A DNA stretch of 64,000 bases. Source: Congzhengia sp. (lineage in GTDB: Bacteria; Bacillota; Clostridia; UBA1381; UBA9506). The notes beneath the pieces are model-generated. The model searched no databases, had not been told where the DNA came from, and saw only the letters and a list, made by a program, of their open reading frames with translations. Position 1 is the stretch's first letter; every line of letters begins with the position of its first letter. The DNA is taken from positions 16,007 through 80,006 of the forward strand of contig JAZQBQ010000047.1 of assembly GCA_045545755.1 (NCBI GenBank), in the 5' to 3' direction. This document shows, piece after piece, positions 58,127 through 64,000 of this stretch. Position numbers and translations under genes: made by a program.

Positions 58127-59856
58127 TGGCAAAATATACGCATAGACAAGCAGTCGGTCGTGCCGCCGCTTACTATCGTGCCAACCCACATAGATTTGTA
58201 AAAGACTTTTTACACATAGATTTGCGTTGGTTCCAAAAGATTGTTATCTATGCTATGAATATGAACCCGATTTTTTGTATGATCGCTTCTCGTGGTCTCG
58301 GCAAATCGTTCTTAATAGCAATTTATTGTTGTGTGAGATGTGTTTTATATCCCGGAACAAAGATATGTATTGCTTCCGGCACACGAGGACAGTCAATCAA
58401 TGTTTTGGAAAAAATACGAACAGAAATCTTACAAAAATCTAATGAGTTGAAGTGCGAATTAAAGGGCGGAGATGTTAAAATCGCATCTTCAGAAGCGGTT
58501 GCTTATTTCAAAAACGGTTCATATATTAAGGTCGTTACAGCATCCGACTCTGCTCGTGGTAACAGAGCGAATGTCTTGATTTTGGACGAGTTCCGAATGA
58601 TTGATAAAGGAACCATTGACACGGTACTAACTAAATTCCTTACGGCAAGTAGACAACCGGGCTATCTTAGCAATCCAAAGTATGATTACCTAAAAGATCG
58701 AGAAGAGCTAAACAGACAAGTTTACTTATCCAGCGCATACTTCCAAGATCATTGGTCTTATACGAAGGTACAATCTTTTGTTAAGAATATGAAATATCCC
58801 GGTCGTGGTTGGTTTATTTGCTCATTCCCATATCAGTTGGCAATCAAAGAGAAATTATCCAACAGAGAGGATATTGCCAACCAAATGCTTGATGAAGACT
58901 TTAGTGAAATTCGTTGGATGATGGAGATGCTCGCAGAGTTCTATGGAGACTCTGAGGGCTCTTTTTTTAATTATGAGTCCGTTTCCAAAAACAGAAAAAT
59001 TCAATATCCAATGTTGCCAGATAAACTTTGTTCAAAAATTCCTAATAACGGGAAGCTGCGTATTCAACCCAAGGCTCCCGGAGAGAAACGAATTCTATCT
59101 GTCGATATTGCGCTGATGTCAAGTAATAAACACAAAAACGACGCATCGGCTATATTTATCAACCAACTATTACCTACCAAGGCAGCTCGATATATTAACA
59201 ATATTATCTACACTGAAACTTCTGAAGGTTTACGAACCGAAGAACAAGCTCTTCAAATTCGTAAATTGTACGAAGAGTACAAATGTGACTATATCGTAAT
59301 TGACTGCAAAGGTGTTGGTCTTGGTGTTTACGACGCTCTTGCGAGCGATATATCAGACATTGAGTCTGGGGAAATATATCCTGCTCTATCTTGCTGCAAT
59401 AATCCCGATATGGCTGCACGATGTACGAGTCGTAATGCAGAAAAGGTAATATGGGCAATTAACGGTGCTGCAAGATTTAACTCTGATTGTGCTGTTATGC
59501 TCAGAGAGGGTTTTAAGAGTGGTAAGATTAGGCTTCTTGTGACTGAGTATGATGCTGAAAAAGCATTATCTTCAATCAAGGGGTACGATCACTTGAAACC
59601 CTCAGACAAAGCAGAGTTTTCTATGCCATACATAAATACAACGCTGTTAATTAACGAGCTTATCAATCTACAACACGAAGACTCAAATGGCTTAATTAAG
59701 ATTATGGAAAAAAGCGGTATGAGAAAAGACCGTTATTCAAGTCTTAGCTACAACTATTGGGTTGCTTGTCAGCTTGAGAAGAATATTCGTAAGCGATCAA
59801 GCAATGTTGAGAGTGTTAAGGATGTGTTTATGTTTAGAGCACCAAAAATTAAGTAA
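58126..59856 (+). CDS. terL: Terminase large subunit
   Basis: ASRGLGKS Walker A, ARGNRA, LILDEFR Walker B, SVDIA nuclease, RKDRYSS. Confidence 0.92.
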   Translation: MAKYTHRQAVGRAAAYYRANPHRFVKDFLHIDLRWFQKIVIYAMNMNPIFCMIASRGLGKSFLIAIYCCVRCVLYPGTKICIASGTRGQSINVLEKIRTEILQKSNELKCELKGGDVKIASSEAVAYFKNGSYIKVVTASDSARGNRANVLILDEFRMIDKGTIDTVLTKFLTASRQPGYLSNPKYDYLKDREELNRQVYLSSAYFQDHWSYTKVQSFVKNMKYPGRGWFICSFPYQLAIKEKLSNREDIANQMLDEDFSEIRWMMEMLAEFYGDSEGSFFNYESVSKNRKIQYPMLPDKLCSKIPNNGKLRIQPKAPGEKRILSVDIALMSSNKHKNDASAIFINQLLPTKAARYINNIIYTETSEGLRTEEQALQIRKLYEEYKCDYIVIDCKGVGLGVYDALASDISDIESGEIYPALSCCNNPDMAARCTSRNAEKVIWAINGAARFNSDCAVMLREGFKSGKIRLLVTEYDAEKALSSIKGYDHLKPSDKAEFSMPYINTTLLINELINLQHEDSNGLIKIMEKSGMRKDRYSSLSYNYWVACQLEKNIRKRSSNVESVKDVFMFRAPKIK

Positions 59857-59858
59857 CA

Positions 59859-61400
59859 TTGAAAGGCGGTGAAATGCCTCTAATGAGCGAAAAACAAAAG
59901 GAAATCATTGTAACCGACGGCTCTCAAGAGAACCGTAAAACGGCTTACTCCAAAGAAGCGAAATTTGATGATGCATTCCATCTTCCTACACGCTTTGCGG
60001 GACTAAACAAGTTAGTTCTCCGTGATATGAACGGAACTAACACATCGCCTACTTTTTATTTGTATAGCAAAGATAAGATCTCCGAGTTCTTAAAGAACCC
60101 ATATACAAACGAAAAGAATATACGAAACGCTGTAATCTACATTTACGGTGCAAGTTCGCATTTTAGGCGTTTGATTCAGTATTTTTCAAGTTTGTCCGAT
60201 TTGGCTTATGTGGTATCCCCTCATAAGATTGACACTTCAACTGCGAAACCGCAGTCTATTCGGAGAAATTATCACAAAGTACTAAATCTGTTATCTTCTA
60301 TGGATATTAAAAACCAATTTGCAAAAGTACTTACTGTCTGTTTAAGAGAAGATGTATTTTATGGAACAATGTGGGTCAATACGGATAGTATCATTATTCA
60401 ACAATTGCCATCCGATTACTGTACAGTTGCAGTCGTAGAAGATAATGTACTGAATGTTTCTTTTGACTTCTCGTATTTTGACAGTAACTCACAGTATCTT
60501 GCAAATTATCCACCTGAGTTTACTACAAAATACAACCTCTATCAGAAAGATAGACAAGGTATGAAGTGGCAGGAGTTAGACTCTCCCACTTCTTTTGCAG
60601 TGAAATGCAACAATGATATCTTGAATTACGCTATTCCTCCGTTTGCAGGAATTTTGCGTGAAATTTACGATATCGAAGACTACAAACAACTTAAACTCAC
60701 CAAGACAGAGCTTGAAAACTATGCAATGTTGGTTATGAAACTTGGTATCAATAGCGACGGCGAATGGGAAATGGATCTTGATAAGGCTAAAGAGTTCTGG
60801 AGAAATCTGGACGGTATTTTGCCGGAAGAGATTGGTTCTGTTTTATCGCCTATGCAGATTGATAAGATCAGTTTTGAAAAGGCAAACACAGGCGACACCA
60901 ACACTGTGTCTGAAGCAGAACAGAATCTGTTTTCTGCTGCCGGTGTTTCAAGCCTATTGTTTAACAACGCTAAGGCATCTGCTAATGCTCTCCAGCTTTC
61001 AATTAAGGCTGACCAAGCAATGACATTTGGCATTGTAAAGAGCATTGAAGGTGTATTGAATAGATTTATTCGTGCGCAGTCTTACGGAAAGAACTTCAAG
61101 ATTACATTCTTGGATTGCAGTCCGTTCAACCGAAAGGAATGTGGCGACGCATACCTAAAGGCTTGTCAGCTTGGTATCCCAATGGTTTCATACTATTGTG
61201 CTTCCCAAGGTTTAGGACAAGACGAAATGGATTGTATGAATTTCTTAGAAGACGATGTTCTTGGTATCAAGGGTAGATTTATCCCATTACAGAGCTCTTC
61301 TACTCAGTCTAAGACGACTACAGGCAATGACCCCGGTCGTGATGAAAAAGATATAGACGAGCTAACTGATTCTGGTGAAATCACCCGTGAAGAAGAGTGA
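59859..61400 (+). CDS. Portal protein
   Basis: Follows TerL, about 510 aa, C-terminal LQSSSTQ..GR; synteny. Confidence 0.75.
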   Translation: MKGGEMPLMSEKQKEIIVTDGSQENRKTAYSKEAKFDDAFHLPTRFAGLNKLVLRDMNGTNTSPTFYLYSKDKISEFLKNPYTNEKNIRNAVIYIYGASSHFRRLIQYFSSLSDLAYVVSPHKIDTSTAKPQSIRRNYHKVLNLLSSMDIKNQFAKVLTVCLREDVFYGTMWVNTDSIIIQQLPSDYCTVAVVEDNVLNVSFDFSYFDSNSQYLANYPPEFTTKYNLYQKDRQGMKWQELDSPTSFAVKCNNDILNYAIPPFAGILREIYDIEDYKQLKLTKTELENYAMLVMKLGINSDGEWEMDLDKAKEFWRNLDGILPEEIGSVLSPMQIDKISFEKANTGDTNTVSEAEQNLFSAAGVSSLLFNNAKASANALQLSIKADQAMTFGIVKSIEGVLNRFIRAQSYGKNFKITFLDCSPFNRKECGDAYLKACQLGIPMVSYYCASQGLGQDEMDCMNFLEDDVLGIKGRFIPLQSSSTQSKTTTGNDPGRDEKDIDELTDSGEITREEE

Positions 61401-61588
61401 GTAAAAGGAGAAAAATAATGTTTTTATATGTTATGGATACCGAAAGTAGGGATAAACTTCTCAATCTCGGCTTTGAGCTGTTGAAAGAGAATGACAAGAA
61501 AACCGTTTGGGTTTTCGTGAACAAGCCCGATCAAACATTTGATGTGGTTGATGTTCCTTGTGTCGTATCAGATGTCCTAACTTTCTGA
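61397..61588 (+). CDS. Small hypothetical protein
   Basis: RBS before MFLYV. Confidence 0.5.
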   Translation: MSKRRKIMFLYVMDTESRDKLLNLGFELLKENDKKTVWVFVNKPDQTFDVVDVPCVVSDVLTF

Positions 61589-61620
61589 GTATAAACATAC
61601 TCAAAAGGCGGTGATGAATA

Positions 61621-63336
61621 ATGAGCGAAAGGAAATTTAATATCGTATATGAGTCTGCTGTTGAGAAATTGACAGAGATTAACTCGTCCTTCGATAAGGG
61701 TATTTTGCGAGTTGCATATACGGGCAAAAACAGGAACAAGTCATTCATCAGCAAAAGTACTTTTGAGAAGTGCATCAATACAATCTACAATGTTCCGATT
61801 GTATGTAATTACAATCGTGAAACAGATTCTATCGGCGCTCACGATGTTGAAATTGTTAAGACCAGTAAAGGAATGAAGCTGATTAACATCACACAACCAG
61901 TCGGCGTAGTGCCGGAGTCCGCTAATTATTGGTGGGAAACTGTTGAAGAGGATAATGGTGAGGTTCACGAGTATTTGTGTGTCGAAATCATTATCTGGAA
62001 GCGACAGGAAGCGTATGCAAAAATAAAAGAAAACGGAATTACAGACGAGTCTATGGAGATAAAGGTCAAGAGTGGACAAACGATTGACGGCTATTATCAC
62101 ATAGACTCTTTTGAATTTACAGCGTTCTGCCTGTTAGAAAGCGCAGAGCCTTGTTATGAGTCCGCTTGTGTCGAGATGTTTACGCTCAAGTCGTTCCACG
62201 ACGAGTACACCAAGATGATGGCTGACTTCAAAGAGCATTTTTCAACGGTCACAACCTCGAAAGAGGATGACATAAATCCACAAAGTATCACACAAAATCT
62301 CTCGAAAGGAGGAAATATCTCATTGGATAGAATGGAGCTTTTATCTGAATACGGGTTAACCGTAGAAGCGCTTGATTTCAACATTGACGATTTCACAGTC
62401 GATGAATTGAGAGCTAAGTTTGAAGCGATGAAGAAGAAAGCAAAGCCTGTCGATGATGACGACGATGACGAGCCTGCTGATCCCGCTCCCGAAGGTGGCG
62501 ATGGTGAAGGCGAGGAAGGTTCTGATCCCGAAGCTGAACCCGCAGCTCAGTCCGACGAAGGTGCTGAAGGCACTGATGACGGTGCTGATGGTACTGACGG
62601 CGATGGCGACGGTGAAGGCAGCGAAGAGTTCTCTCTAACTGGCGAACAGTTCCTATCTCAGCTATTCGAGGCTTTATCAGCGGTCAAGTACACCGATCCT
62701 TATTGGGGCGAGATGTGCAAGTATATGTATGTAGACTATGACCACGAAGCGTCTGAGGTTTATTGCTACGATTGCGAAGATTGGAAGCTGTATGGCTTCT
62801 CATATTCAATGAACGGCGATAATGTCGTTATTGATTTTGATAGCAAGAAACGCAAGAAGTTCTCCATCGTAGATTTTGATGAAGGTAGTGCTGACTTTAA
62901 CTATAAATACGCGTTTGAAATGTATGGCAAAGTCATCTTAGCGTCAAAAGATGCTGAGTTGAGCCGTATCCAAACCGAATCTGAGGAAAAGTATAGCCAA
63001 GCTTCTCAGACAATCGACAACTTGCAGGCTGAACTGACCACTTTGAGACAGTATCAGAAGACTAAGTTGGACGAGGAGCGCAAAGATGCTGAGGACGAGC
63101 TATTTGCTCGCTTTGCTGAGCTTGACGGTATTGAGGCGTTTGAGTCTCTCCGTACAAACTGTTCTGAAATGGCACTTGAAGATATCGAGAGCAAGTGCTT
63201 TGAGATTAAAGGTAGAAATACCACAGTTAACTTCTCGGTTAACAAACCTAAGTCTACTCGCATTGCGGTAGAAAAGAAATACGAAGACGAACCCTATGGT
63301 GGTCTGTTTGTGCAGTACCCACCTGCTAACAATTAA
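61621..63336 (+). CDS. Prohead protease / scaffold fusion
   Basis: NRNKSFI..IGAHD..ESMEI..FTAFCLL..EPCYE; acidic linker; coiled-coil C-terminus. Confidence 0.75.
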   Translation: MSERKFNIVYESAVEKLTEINSSFDKGILRVAYTGKNRNKSFISKSTFEKCINTIYNVPIVCNYNRETDSIGAHDVEIVKTSKGMKLINITQPVGVVPESANYWWETVEEDNGEVHEYLCVEIIIWKRQEAYAKIKENGITDESMEIKVKSGQTIDGYYHIDSFEFTAFCLLESAEPCYESACVEMFTLKSFHDEYTKMMADFKEHFSTVTTSKEDDINPQSITQNLSKGGNISLDRMELLSEYGLTVEALDFNIDDFTVDELRAKFEAMKKKAKPVDDDDDDEPADPAPEGGDGEGEEGSDPEAEPAAQSDEGAEGTDDGADGTDGDGDGEGSEEFSLTGEQFLSQLFEALSAVKYTDPYWGEMCKYMYVDYDHEASEVYCYDCEDWKLYGFSYSMNGDNVVIDFDSKKRKKFSIVDFDEGSADFNYKYAFEMYGKVILASKDAELSRIQTESEEKYSQASQTIDNLQAELTTLRQYQKTKLDEERKDAEDELFARFAELDGIEAFESLRTNCSEMALEDIESKCFEIKGRNTTVNFSVNKPKSTRIAVEKKYEDEPYGGLFVQYPPANN

Positions 63337-63350
63337 GGAGGATAAATTAT

Positions 63351-63839
63351 ATGGCTTATACAGTAATTAGAACTGATCTGCTTTCTGGCACTGATGTTGC
63401 TGCGGATTTGGTTTCTCTAAGAGTTTATGACGCTGATGACAACCAGATTGCTGTTGAGAACGGCACTATGGTCGAGCTCAAGGGTTATGAGGAAGGTCAG
63501 CGTGAAGTTATGAAAGCAGTCTTAGCTACTGCTAATTCAGAAGTTGAGGACTGCGCTATCGTTGCTTCTGAGGAAGTTATGTACGACGAGCGCAAGAAGA
63601 ATTTGGATGAATTTGTTAACGAGGCTGGCGCAATCTGCCGTGGTTACATCCCTCGCAGCCGTAACATCTACTCCATCACTAAAGAAGGCTTCGTAGGCGC
63701 TACTGCTCCTACTGAGGTTGGCGCAGAGGTTGGTCTCGGCGCTGATGGCAAGCTGGACGCCGCTGGCACTGGCTATGGTACCGTAATGGCTATCGAGATC
63801 GCTGGTCGTTATACATACTATGTCATCAAAATTGCTTAA
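63351..63839 (+). CDS. Head decoration/capsid-associated protein
   Basis: Lies between the scaffold and capsid genes; VENG motif. Confidence 0.55.
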   Translation: MAYTVIRTDLLSGTDVAADLVSLRVYDADDNQIAVENGTMVELKGYEEGQREVMKAVLATANSEVEDCAIVASEEVMYDERKKNLDEFVNEAGAICRGYIPRSRNIYSITKEGFVGATAPTEVGAEVGLGADGKLDAAGTGYGTVMAIEIAGRYTYYVIKIA

Positions 63840-63859
63840 TCTATAAGGAGGATACGAAA

Positions 63860-64000
63860 ATGGCTGATTATAATGATATTGTAAGACTCGCTGTTGATGC
63901 ATATCACGGCGTAACTACTAAATATTCCGTTAGTGAGTCTATGGACACTCTTCGTCAGGCATTGATCGAAGCTAACGGTGGTAGCACTGTACTTGATTAC
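63860..64000 (+). CDS. Major capsid protein (N-terminus only, truncated by the window)
   Basis: AAGGAGG RBS, MADYNDIVRLAVDAYHG..; synteny. Confidence 0.6.
   Translation, partial: MADYNDIVRLAVDAYHGVTTKYSVSESMDTLRQALIEANGGSTVLDY

Larger units (their letters stand above)
1..64000. mobile_element. Large tailed phage/prophage genome segment (SPbeta-like organisation, probable Bacillota host)
   Basis: Terminase-portal-protease-capsid module, YonO-like RNAP, tRNA cluster, dense small ORFs with strong AGGAG(G) RBSs, no host housekeeping genes. Confidence 0.93.

Noticed and set aside
62450-62630. GAT/GAC/GGT-rich low-complexity repeat
   Set aside because: It encodes the acidic linker of the protease/scaffold protein and is not a separate element.

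Overview
64 kb segment of a large tailed phage or prophage, probably of a Bacillota (Firmicutes) host and with SPbeta-like organisation. No host housekeeping genes or att junction are visible. Positions 1-47.1 kb are transcribed leftward and hold accessory genes: an ERF recombinase, an RNA-repair cluster, an MrpR-like repressor with a MazF-like gene, IscS, NAD-rebuilding enzymes, flotillin, LemA, 13 tRNAs, a retron-type reverse transcriptase, a Ubl/E2/JAB/E1 operon and a TROVE-like DUF2828/vWA protein. Positions 47.6-64 kb are transcribed rightward: tyrosine recombinases, a sigma factor, a YonO-like single-subunit RNA polymerase, HU, terminase, portal, prohead protease/scaffold and the start of the major capsid gene. 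Main finding: the single RT (29724-30857) is surrounded by six dispersed ~230-365 nt non-coding cassettes. Each has its own a1/a2-like inverted repeat, a G immediately after the 5' arm, a conserved covarying stem-loop and an unrelated msd-like payload, which suggests a one-RT, many-template retron-like system. Second finding: seven copies of a 'stem + ACAGCAA' RNA module, wrapped around or inserted into tRNA-like bodies, lie upstream of the TROVE-like gene. All product calls come from motif recognition by eye; no database searches were run.
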